A stretch of DNA of 21,563 nt from contig DAIDHG010000015.1 of assembly GCA_027452085.1 (NCBI GenBank), forward strand, positions 1 through 21,563. The letters run 5' to 3'. The notes under the pieces were generated by a model. It did not search any database and was not told the DNA's origin. It was given only the letters and a program-made list of their open reading frames with translations. The DNA comes from a bacterium (GTDB lineage: Bacteria; Babelota; Babeliae; Babelales; JABCYS01). This document shows, piece after piece, positions 1 through 7,931 of this stretch. The position numbers and the translations under genes were made by a program. Position 1 is the stretch's first letter. Each line of letters opens with the position of its first letter.

Positions 1-300
1 CTTGAGTGCCTTTAGGTTGCCGATGGTATTAGGCAAAGAGTTAAGTTTGTTGTGCGCAAGGTAAAGCCATCCTAGTTGAGTCAGATTACCAATGCTTTCT
101 GGTATTTGTGTGATTTGGGTTTTATTTACGAGCAGCCACGTGAGTGCTTTTAGGTTGCCGATGGTATTAGGTAAAAAGTTAAGTTTGTTGTCCTCAAGGT
201 AAAGCGATTTTAGTTGAGTCAGATTACCAATGCTTTCTGGTATTTGTGTGAGTTGGTTTTCCTCGACGTGCAGCTTGTTGAGTGTCTTTAGGTTGCCGAT
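1..300. repeat. 138-bp period tandem repeat encoding alternating LRR pairs
   Basis: 41-nt identical block at 73-113 and 211-251; 23-nt identical block at 11-33 and 149-171; TTTAGGTTGCCGAT again at 287-300. Confidence 0.9.
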
Positions 301-546
301 GCACTTTGGCAAAAAGGTAAGTTTATTTCCAGATAAAACTAGGGCACTTAGCTTGTCAATATTGGGCACATTCCCAATCCCATCCAGATCAGTTAGGTCT
401 TTGTTGTTTAAATTTAATTCCCCACCAGCTACTTGCTTATCAACTTGTTCTTTATGTTTTTGGTAATAGTCATTAAACGTTATTGCTTCAGTAAATTGCG
501 CCACAAATAAAATTGCTACAAAAAGAACATTCTTAGTCTTAATCAT
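1..546 (-). CDS. Secreted leucine-rich repeat protein (23-aa LRRs), 3' end beyond left edge
   Basis: Translated by hand (absent from ORF track): ATG at 546, MIKTKNVLFVAILFVAQFTEA (signal peptide-like), then LKTLNKLHVEENQLTQIPESIGN / LTQLKSLYLEDNKLNFLPNTIGN / LKALTWLLVNKTQITQIPESIGN / LTQLGWLYLAHNKLNSLPNTIGN; frame open to base 1. Confidence 0.93.
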   Translation of the reverse strand, partial: MIKTKNVLFVAILFVAQFTEAITFNDYYQKHKEQVDKQVAGGELNLNNKDLTDLDGIGNVPNIDKLSALVLSGNKLTFLPKCIGNLKTLNKLHVEENQLTQIPESIGNLTQLKSLYLEDNKLNFLPNTIGNLKALTWLLVNKTQITQIPESIGNLTQLGWLYLAHNKLNSLPNTIGNLKALK

Positions 547-600
547 GATAGTAAGCCTATTTATTGATTGCTTATGTTTTAATATTAGAACAGGATTAAC

Positions 601-644
601 AAAATAGAAACCTCTACGCCTATACGAGCTGTAGGTTTCTTTTT
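601..644. terminator. Possible bidirectional intrinsic terminator
   Basis: AGAAAC(CT)CTAC...GTAGGTTTCT imperfect inverted repeat with an A-run on the left and a T-run on the right; lies downstream of tag. Confidence 0.4.
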
Positions 645-834
645 CATTTATTTTTGGATAGGTAAGTAACTATGAAAACAGAAGGTCGGTAATTGCCAAA
701 TATTGCGAAATCGATTCTGCTTTTTATCGACTTTCCCACATTCCACCGCTGTTTTTTATGCTTCTGGGTGCCCTAAATTTACCGGGTTGTTTGGTGCTCG
801 CAAAAAAAAGAACGATAAGTTTGAACGCGCAACG

Positions 835-1413
835 CTAGTCAAGCCGTTGAACTTCTGCATATCGAAAGCAGTCTATTGTGTGGTCATTCACCATGCCGGT
901 TGCCTGCATATGGGCGTAGATGATGGTGGGGCCCACAAATTTAAAGCCTCGCTTGCGCAAGTCGGTGCTGAGCGCACGAGATTCGGGCGTTTCTGGGGGA
1001 ATTTCACGAATTGTTTTTCGGTGATTTTGGATTGGTTTGCCGTCAACGAATTGCCAAATATAATCGTCAAAGCTGCCAAACTCTTTTTGAATTTCCAAAA
1101 AATGCTTTGCATTGTTGATGGTCGATTCAATCTTAGCCCTATTGCGGATGATGCCTTCATCGACCATGAGCTCTTTAATCTTTGCTGCGTCAAAGCGGGC
1201 AACTTTCTTCAGATTAAAATTGGCAAATGCTGCGCGATATCCGTCACGGCGATTTAATATGGTAACCCAGCTGAGCCCAGCCTGCGCACCTTCCAAGGTG
1301 AGAAACTCAAATTGCAGGCGATCATCATGAATGGGCACGGCCCACTCTGTATCATGATAGGCCGTTAACGCTTTATTCGATTCGGCTACCCAGGCACAAC
1401 GCTTAACTGTCAT
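835..1413 (-). CDS. tag: DNA-3-methyladenine glycosylase I
   Basis: Motifs RCAW, YHDTEW, LEGAQAGLSW, IIRNRAKI, GFKFVGPT, NDHTIDC (Zn ligands C/H/H/C). ATG at 1413; alternative GTG at 1419. Confidence 0.96.
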   Translation of the reverse strand: MTVKRCAWVAESNKALTAYHDTEWAVPIHDDRLQFEFLTLEGAQAGLSWVTILNRRDGYRAAFANFNLKKVARFDAAKIKELMVDEGIIRNRAKIESTINNAKHFLEIQKEFGSFDDYIWQFVDGKPIQNHRKTIREIPPETPESRALSTDLRKRGFKFVGPTIIYAHMQATGMVNDHTIDCFRYAEVQRLD

Positions 1414-1532
1414 AGACACAGCCTCTCAAGTTATTTTGACGCTAAAGCCCGTATTGTGTGGCATGCGCTTTTTTTTCAAATTATTTTTTGCGATGCGAGT
1501 AACGTATCGGAGAATGAGCAAGCTAGCAATTA

Positions 1533-1979
1533 TTATTTTTTGGGCGATAACCGCTTTTGGATTTGTACTGCCAACGACAATGCCACCGCGAATTTTTCGT
1601 TGCGCTCGGCCATTTCGCTGCGATGGCCGCTCCCAATTGCCAGAGGTGAGGAAACGCCACTAAATGAGGGTTCCTCCTCTTGTATGAGCTGAAAATCTTC
1701 TGGTTGTGCATTTTTTGCAAAAAAATCTCGAAGAGAAGGAGCTACCAACCTCAGCTCATCTAACGCTTGGTCACGCACAGATTGTGGCTTGAGAGATGAA
1801 GGACTGCTTGAGGGTGTATTGTTTTCGGTATCAGCTGCTGCCACCATAAATGGCAATGGAGAAAGGCGCCGCTGCTCAAGTGCTGCGGTTAACGCCGATT
1901 TGGGCGTTGCCGGAGCCGAGGTTGCCCGCAGAGATGGTACTATGAAAAGGGTTGTGATTGCTAAATAATATTTGTTCAT
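1533..1979 (-). CDS. Hypothetical secreted protein, Ser/Pro-rich
   Basis: MNKYYLAITTLFIVPSLRA is signal peptide-like; AGGA lies upstream of the ATG at 1979; low-complexity body. Confidence 0.65.
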   Translation of the reverse strand: MNKYYLAITTLFIVPSLRATSAPATPKSALTAALEQRRLSPLPFMVAAADTENNTPSSSPSSLKPQSVRDQALDELRLVAPSLRDFFAKNAQPEDFQLIQEEEPSFSGVSSPLAIGSGHRSEMAERNEKFAVALSLAVQIQKRLSPKK

Positions 1980-1995
1980 ATTCAATCCTGAGGTT

Positions 1996-2020
1996 AAAAA
2001 AAGCTCCCCATTCGGGAGCC
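1996..2020 (-). terminator. Intrinsic terminator-like hairpin just upstream of the 1979 start
   Basis: Minus strand reads GCTCCC-GAATG-GGGAGC-TTTTTTT. Confidence 0.55.
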
Positions 2021-2153
2021 CACCTTTTTTTCGCGTTCCATTATTATGTTGGCGACACGTATTTTGCCGCGTAAATTTAGCATATTTATATGCAACGTAA
2101 ACTGGCGCAGAATGCCCTCATTTGATTGGTACCGAGCTCAGTATATTAATCTG

Positions 2154-2208
2154 TTGCGTTGGGCACCATTCTTTTCGTATAATATGAAAGCGAATTGCGT
2201 ATTTTAAG
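2154..2208 (+). promoter_or_regulatory. Putative sigma70 promoter with overlapping imperfect inverted repeat
   Basis: TTGCGT (2154-2159), 18 nt, TATAAT (2178-2183); arms 2176-2189 and 2195-2208 match at 10 of 14 positions. Confidence 0.5.
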
Positions 2209-2216
2209 AAGTTAAT

Positions 2217-3406
2217 ATGATTTTTGAGCGTGATATTATTGGCCGTCTGAAAAGTCTGGCAAAACAGTTTCGGGTGTTAGGCATTGTTGGGCCGCGTCAA
2301 TCTGGAAAAAGTACCATTGTTAAGCAGGTATTTCCGCAATACACCTATGTAACACTTGAGAATATTTCATTACGTGCCTTTGCGGCAGAAGATCCAAAAG
2401 GATTTCTAGAAAATTACTCAAAAGGCGATGGTCTTATTATTGATGAAGCACAGCATGTGCCAGGGCTCTTTAATATTTGCAGAGCATAGTCGATGAAAAT
2501 TATCGCCCTGGATTTTACGTGCTTACCGGTTCTCACAACTTTTTAATGTATGAGAAAATTACCCAGTCACTCGCCGGCCGTATTGCTATGGTTTCTCTTT
2601 TGCCACTTTCTATTCATGAGATGGCCAAAGCAAAGTTATTACACCAAAGCCTGTTGGATGAAGTAATCTACAAAGGTTTTTTTCCCTATGTGTATCAGCA
2701 CTCTGTATCGATCGATGAGTTTTATAATCAATACATTTTAACCTACATCGAGCGTGATGTGCGGCAAGTTTTGAATTCAGTTGATATTCTCGATTTTCAA
2801 AGATTTATTCGTCTATGTGCCATTCGTACAGGCAATGAAGTGAATTATTCTGATTTGGCAAATGATGCAAAGATTAGCCCCAATACCGCAAAGGCATGGC
2901 TTTCGGTATTAGTTGCAAGCAATATCGTAGCAATTCTGCCACCATATTTTCGCAATCTGGGAAAACGGCTTATTAAAAGGCCAAGGCTATATTTTCTTGA
3001 TACTGGTTTAATTTGTTCTTTGCTCAATATTCGTAACGCACAGGATCTGGCTCTGCATCCCTTACGAGGAGCCTTAATTGAGACATTTGTTATGGGTGAA
3101 CTATTAAAGAACAAATTTAATTTCGGATCGCCTTTTGATTATTACTTCTGGGGTGAACAGCAAAGAATGGAAATTGATTTTTTGATCGAAAAATCCCTTA
3201 ACGATTTAATTCCGGTTGAGGTACAGGCAAGTACAACGGTAATGCCATCAGTATTCAATACCATGAATGATTGGCAAACCGAGCACCCAGAAGCCCATAA
3301 AACCGCTTATGTAGTTTATGGTGGTGACCAAGAACTAACATTCAAGAATGGAACCGCTGTTCCATGGGCACGCATTAAAGAACTTTTAGATATGCTTAAT
3401 AAATAA
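2217..3406 (+). pseudogene. AAA_14 ATPase / wHTH / DUF4143 (PD-(D/E)XK-like) protein split by a 1-nt frameshift
   Basis: ORF 2217-2489 has Walker A GPRQSGKST and Walker B IIDEAQ. ORF 2477-3406 continues with LTGS, SLAGR, YIERDV, KRPRLYFLDTG and EIDF..PVEVQ. Adding one base at about 2472 restores PGLF-x-YLQSIVD. Confidence 0.85.
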
Positions 3407-3531
3407 ATTATCTATTCACTTGCTCATTGCTGCTCTGGGCCAATCGCTAAAAATCGATCTCCTCATCTGTTGTGTTAATCCTTTTCGTTCCAGTATTATC
3501 ACTCATGGTGCTACAACAAAAAGGATATTAC

Positions 3532-3867
3532 GTGAAGCGTTTATTAGTTATGTTTGCACTGATTTTAGCCGGTTCTTCTGTGACCTTGCTTGCTCCCAAT
3601 CCAATAAGTGAACAGGATGGGAGTGAAACCATTTATGCTGGGCCGGAAAACATCGTTCGCCCAGACACGTTGAAAAACGCACGAGATAGGGTAGCTCGCT
3701 TAGAGGCCCAGCTCAAAAATGGGCCGGAGAATCAAAGAAAATATGTAGAGGATCAACTTTCTTATGCACGATCGCGATTGAAGGCACTCGGTGCCCAGAT
3801 GGGGGAACAAGGCGACGTACCTGGGCAAACCACTGGCGGGCAACCTGTAAATCCAGCCAATGGGTGA
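3532..3867 (+). CDS. Small secreted hypothetical protein with coiled coil
   Basis: AAGGA RBS then GTG at 3532; MKRLLVMFALILAGSSVTLLA is signal peptide-like; LKNARDRVARLEAQLK has a heptad pattern. Confidence 0.7.
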   Translation: MKRLLVMFALILAGSSVTLLAPNPISEQDGSETIYAGPENIVRPDTLKNARDRVARLEAQLKNGPENQRKYVEDQLSYARSRLKALGAQMGEQGDVPGQTTGGQPVNPANG

Positions 3868-3872
3868 TTGAT

Positions 3873-5042
3873 TCACTCACCTAAGAACAGCGAATTCACA
3901 GATTCTTTTTTTGTGAGATCGTTCAGGCCAAATGCGGTAATTTTTTTATCGAGAGGAAATTGAATTGATCCTGGATATACCAGTACCAGGTGATCGAGGT
4001 GTAAATCCTCAATGGCTGTATGCATGGCTTTGGTACTCTGAGGCGAATCGGTATATTTAAATTCAAAACCAATACGTTTGCTGTTTTTCATGATGAGAAG
4101 ATCCAATTCTGCCTGGCTTTGTGTGGCCCAAAAAAAGCATTCTTCTGAGTTTGCATTGCTTGCAATTATGATTTGTTCCAACGCAAAACCTTCCCAATAG
4201 GAGCCAAGCTTAGGCGTGCTCTCCAATTGTTCTTTGCTTTCTATCCCTACAAGCGCATGTAGAATTCCGCTATCTCTGAAATAGATTTTGGGAGATTTTA
4301 CCTGTCGTTTTTTTAGATTTTCAAACCAAGGTACGAGGATACGCACCATGAAGGTACCCGCAAGAATATCAAGATATCTTTGCACGGTATGATGTGAAAC
4401 GCCCAGTGATGCACCAAGTTCACTGGCATTGAATATTTGACCATGGTAATGGGCCAGCATAAGCCAAAATCTACGCAACTGATTTGGCGGGATTGAAAAT
4501 CCTAAATTTGGGATATCACGCTCTAAAAATGTTGTAATGTAATCGCGGCGCCATTGATAACTGTCAGCATTAGAATCGGCAAGATAGGAACCTGGAAAAC
4601 CGCCCCGCAACCAAAGTTGAGAACTATTATCTACTTCGTTCAGCGTGAAGGGGGGCAGCTCAAGATATCCAATTCTACCAGCCAGGGTTTCTGATGATTG
4701 CCGAATAAGGTCGCGCGAGGCACTCTCTAAGATGAGGAATTTTCTGTTCTTTTCTTTTTGATCCGCAAGCACGCGTAAGACAGGGAAAAGATCTGGTCTC
4801 CGTTGAATTTCATCGATTACAATCAGTTTATTGGTGATATTTTCTAGGGCCAGCATAGGGTTTTCTAAACGAGCTAGATCGAGAGGGTTCTCTAAATCAA
4901 AGAAAACCGCCTCAATCCCTTCTTGCTGTATATAAGCGCGAGCGAGGGTGGTCTTGCCAACCGGACGGGGGCCTAAAATGCCACATAAGGTATGGATTTT
5001 CAGTTGGCGTTCTATAGCTTTTATGTAGTGATTGCGTATCAT
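3873..5042 (-). CDS. AAA_14 ATPase / wHTH / DUF4143 family protein
   Basis: Start MIRNHY at 5042; GPRPVGKTT, VIDEIQ, SETLAGR, TFLERDI, HTH FNASELGASLGVSHHTVQRYLDIL, KSPKIYFRDSG, ELDL...FEFK. Confidence 0.9.
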   Translation of the reverse strand: MIRNHYIKAIERQLKIHTLCGILGPRPVGKTTLARAYIQQEGIEAVFFDLENPLDLARLENPMLALENITNKLIVIDEIQRRPDLFPVLRVLADQKEKNRKFLILESASRDLIRQSSETLAGRIGYLELPPFTLNEVDNSSQLWLRGGFPGSYLADSNADSYQWRRDYITTFLERDIPNLGFSIPPNQLRRFWLMLAHYHGQIFNASELGASLGVSHHTVQRYLDILAGTFMVRILVPWFENLKKRQVKSPKIYFRDSGILHALVGIESKEQLESTPKLGSYWEGFALEQIIIASNANSEECFFWATQSQAELDLLIMKNSKRIGFEFKYTDSPQSTKAMHTAIEDLHLDHLVLVYPGSIQFPLDKKITAFGLNDLTKKESVNSLFLGE

Positions 5043-5051
5043 CCGAAAACT

Positions 5052-5106
5052 TTCTGCAAATTGGAACTCTAATATCCAATTTGCAGAATTTGGTAGAGAA
5101 ATGCAA
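5052..5106 (-). promoter_or_regulatory. Perfect 14-bp inverted repeat (candidate operator) overlapping a putative promoter
   Basis: TTCTGCAAATTGGA (5052-5065), 9 nt, TCCAATTTGCAGAA (5075-5088). Minus strand has TTGCAT (5106-5101), 17 nt, CAAATT (5083-5078). Confidence 0.65.
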
Positions 5107-5225
5107 GAGTTGAGAGGTTTATCTGGCATTAATGAAAAGGACAGAGTCAGATCAGGAATAATTTGGCGGCCCAAGAGCAGGTGTCAAGCAAGGGCGAATT
5201 GCAGTATGTTCGTGGGCAATTGTTT

Positions 5226-5263
5226 AAATAAAAAGAGCCAGGTTTCCCTAGCCCTTTTTATTT
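5226..5263 (-). terminator. Rho-independent terminator
   Basis: Minus strand reads GGGCTAGG-GAAA-CCTGGCTC-TTTTTATTT (8-bp stem with G-U pairs, GAAA tetraloop), just after the stop at 5278. Confidence 0.8.
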
Positions 5264-5277
5264 TGAATTGCGTATTC

Positions 5278-5559
5278 TTACTGAGCAGCTTCTCTTGCTG
5301 CTTGAATAGCTTTTTGTTTTCTTGCTTCTACACGCGCAATGATTGGCGCAAATTCTGACTTGCTGTTGACCAATTTTAAGGCTTCACGGTCTTTCATCAA
5401 TGCATCGAGCCATTTGTATTTAAGCTGCGGAATGCGAGCAAATAACATATGTGCCGCTTCAATACCGCTCGCGGTGCAATGACCAGCGTGGCCGCCATTT
5501 ACGTAGAAGAAGCGAGATTGGCGATTGCGTTGTTCAACGTCGCAGAAAATGAAGTCCAC
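5278..5559 (-). pseudogene. Probable 3' remnant of an unknown gene
   Basis: Natural-looking helical C-terminus (EARKQKAIQAAREAAQ) followed by a strong terminator; no convincing RBS or start, and an in-frame stop just upstream. Confidence 0.5.
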
Positions 5560-5938
5560 AAAGAGCCCTTATATCAGCCCTGAAAATAGAGAGCTCATTA
5601 AACAAGAGGATGAAAAGTATGCGGCGGTTTTCCGATTGCTCATGCAGCCTGGCGGGCCTGAGGCCTATGCAATGTTGCTCGCTCGAAATCGCAAAGGCGA
5701 CGATGTTCTTCATTCTGCCATTGCGCTGCTCGGCACCAATCACCCAATAGTGAAGGATCTTTTGAAGATAGCGTATATAGAGCACACGCCTACAGAACCC
5801 GGGCAACATCTGCCGCCGTTTGAGATGGGTTCACGTTCCAACGAAAAGAAAATCGAAGAAGCTGATGAAGAATTACAGCGGTTGCAAGCACAGCGTGAGC
5901 GTCTCAAAGAAGTTGAAATGAAGAAGTCTGCTCAATAA
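5549..5938 (+). pseudogene. Probable 3' remnant of an ankyrin-repeat-like protein with coiled-coil tail
   Basis: ARNRKGDDVLHSAIALLGTNHPIVKDLL resembles one ankyrin repeat; tail EEADEELQRLQAQRERLKE; in-frame TAG at 5504; 5' end overlaps the opposite-strand ORF. Confidence 0.5.
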
Positions 5939-6008
5939 AAAACGCAGCTTCATTTTTTAGAAGGCTATCCGAGTGATATGGTATTGATGTGGCCGACAAT
6001 CATCAAAG

Positions 6009-7931
6009 CTAGCTATTGCTCGGCATGAGGCCTTGTTCGATAAGAATATATTTGGCGATGTTGTAATAGGTCGCACCTTTTTCGAGCTTATACGGTCGGA
6101 TGAGTTTGTCGGAACTATCAACGAGCACTTCAACTTTATAGTTTTGATAGATGCCATTTGTTTCAGCCTCTAGTTTGGTAAGCTTTGGGTAGTGCGTTGC
6201 ATTGAGGCAGAGCAGGTTGGGCACCTCAGCCAATTGTTGGGCATACCAGTATGAAAGCCCCTCCGCTTCACCGCCAGTTCCTTTAAAAGCTTCATCGATG
6301 ATTAAGAATGCTTTCTGTTGTGGTTGTAATGCTTTTGCATTATCAAGCACTTCTTTTGCCCGGGCCACTTCGGCCGCAAATAACGATTTACCTTCTTTCA
6401 CCCCATTTTTATCCGTAATGTTTAAATAGGTGCTGATGGAATCAAATGGGGTAAATAATGCGAGGCGCGCCGGGCAGATGCCAATGGTCTGGCCAAGCCA
6501 CAGTGAGAGCGCCACTCCCTTGAGCACGGTTGATTTCCCGCCGGTATTTTGGCCGGTGAGGATAATGCCAAGAGGATTATCGTGGCCACCAAGGGTCAAT
6601 GAGTTTGGAATAGCCGTGTTACGTGGTACAAATGGGTTCCAAAAATCCAATAACTGAAATGCTGGCTGTTCCGCTTCAACTAATTGCGGGAAGCAGAAAC
6701 GTGGCTGTTCTGCTGACCCTTCTCTCATTAATCGGGTGATGCCGACGTAGGCATCAAGGGCGCCGATAACGCCAAGCGCTGGTGAGAGCTGGTTTAAACA
6801 TTTTTTGACTAACGTATGAATGCTTAAAATGCGGCCAGTATTTGCCCAGTAGGAGAAAGAGCCTTTGAGCTGTTTGAGCTCTTCTAATAGTTGGCTTACG
6901 TTTGCATTATCTGTTCTTGCAAATAAATCAATCAGAGGTTTGCATTCATTAATTTTTTTGGCCACATCTGCATGAGTAACCAACGTAATGTATAGGTCGT
7001 AGAGCAACTGCACCGCTTCGGCCAATGGTTGGTAACGCGCATGCAGATACCGCAAATTGCGATGAATAAAGGTGAAATGCTGATACGTTTGGTGGGCGGC
7101 AGTGGGTATGGTATAGATGCCAGAAATCACACTCACCCAGCTATATACAAAGTTACGCCAGAGTTTGAATGGGGAGATCGGTTGCATGGTGCTTGAAAAT
7201 GGCGCACTGAGTTCATCCCACAAATTTTGGCGATCGAGTAACCAGCTTAAACTGATAATAGCTCCTGGCATAAAGAGCGCGGAGCCAAAATCTTCCTGAC
7301 GGCGCCACACCTCAAGTGCGCCTGGATTTTGGGCTAATGAGGGGCGCAGGTCGGTAACCAGCTCGGGAATATAGAGCCAACGTATCGCCTCTTCAATATG
7401 AGGGTTTTCCTGCTTCCATAAGTGCAAAAGAGCAGGCTCGAGCTGCTGAATTTTGGCACAAATTTTTGCAATGATGATACGCAACTCTCGAGCTTCTAGC
7501 AGCGAATGGATGATGCGTTGGCGCCGGCGAATTTCCGTAAAATCATTCATTGGCTGGGCAATTAATCCGGCAAAATAGGCTTCGCCAAGTTTGGTGCTGG
7601 CGCGATTGAGCGTTGCGCATAAGTTGGCACCATCAAAGAGTTCAAGGTTTTGCCAGGTTACTGGATCAGGCAAACTGCTTTGAGCCGTGGTGACTTGGTT
7701 TGCAATAATCGCAAATGCCACATCTCGTTGCTCATTATCATCTAAAACCAGAGACGCATTGTCGTGATTCGATGAGGGCTGCGCATCCGCAATTGGTTGT
7801 AACACGCTGGGCAGATAAATCTGGGCTATTTGTTGGTAGAGGGTGGGGGAGACTGGTGCGGTGGGCGAGGCTGCCAGCGCTGCCGCTGTAAAAAATGTGA
7901 ATGCGAAAACGAACTGAATTAACATGCCCAA
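6009..7931 (-). CDS. MutS-family ATPase (core + domain V only) with N-terminal signal peptide
   Basis: TKLGEAYF...QPMNDFTEIRRRQ (domain III-like), TGQNTGGKST (Walker A), SLFAAEV, IIDEAFKGT (Walker B), ATHY; N-terminus MLIQFVFAFTFFTAAALA. Start is TTG 7931 or ATG 7925. Confidence 0.88.
   Translation of the reverse strand: MGMLIQFVFAFTFFTAAALAASPTAPVSPTLYQQIAQIYLPSVLQPIADAQPSSNHDNASLVLDDNEQRDVAFAIIANQVTTAQSSLPDPVTWQNLELFDGANLCATLNRASTKLGEAYFAGLIAQPMNDFTEIRRRQRIIHSLLEARELRIIIAKICAKIQQLEPALLHLWKQENPHIEEAIRWLYIPELVTDLRPSLAQNPGALEVWRRQEDFGSALFMPGAIISLSWLLDRQNLWDELSAPFSSTMQPISPFKLWRNFVYSWVSVISGIYTIPTAAHQTYQHFTFIHRNLRYLHARYQPLAEAVQLLYDLYITLVTHADVAKKINECKPLIDLFARTDNANVSQLLEELKQLKGSFSYWANTGRILSIHTLVKKCLNQLSPALGVIGALDAYVGITRLMREGSAEQPRFCFPQLVEAEQPAFQLLDFWNPFVPRNTAIPNSLTLGGHDNPLGIILTGQNTGGKSTVLKGVALSLWLGQTIGICPARLALFTPFDSISTYLNITDKNGVKEGKSLFAAEVARAKEVLDNAKALQPQQKAFLIIDEAFKGTGGEAEGLSYWYAQQLAEVPNLLCLNATHYPKLTKLEAETNGIYQNYKVEVLVDSSDKLIRPYKLEKGATYYNIAKYILIEQGLMPSNS

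Noticed and set aside
1..300. Repeats with variable intervening sequence resembling a CRISPR array
   Set aside because: The period is 138 nt (46 codons), it translates as continuous LRRs, and there are no cas genes.
703..1257. 184-aa plus-strand ORF, and other ORFs antisense to tag, the MutS-like gene, ribosomal protein genes and rpoBC
   Set aside because: Shadow frames opposite well-supported genes, with no recognisable motifs.
2466..2479. Programmed -1 ribosomal frameshift
   Set aside because: No canonical X XXY YYZ heptamer in the right phase, no long homopolymer, and the -1 frame has TAA at 2471-2473 immediately before the junction.
5043..5174. 44-aa N-terminal extension of the second ATPase given by the ORF track
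   Set aside because: Family members begin about 20 aa before Walker A, and this stretch holds the palindrome and promoter candidate.
2192..5276. Shared 12-mer GAATTGCGTATT at 2192-2203 and 5265-5276
   Set aside because: Positions and orientation relative to the two ATPase genes do not correspond, and no transposase or integrase is present; could be chance.
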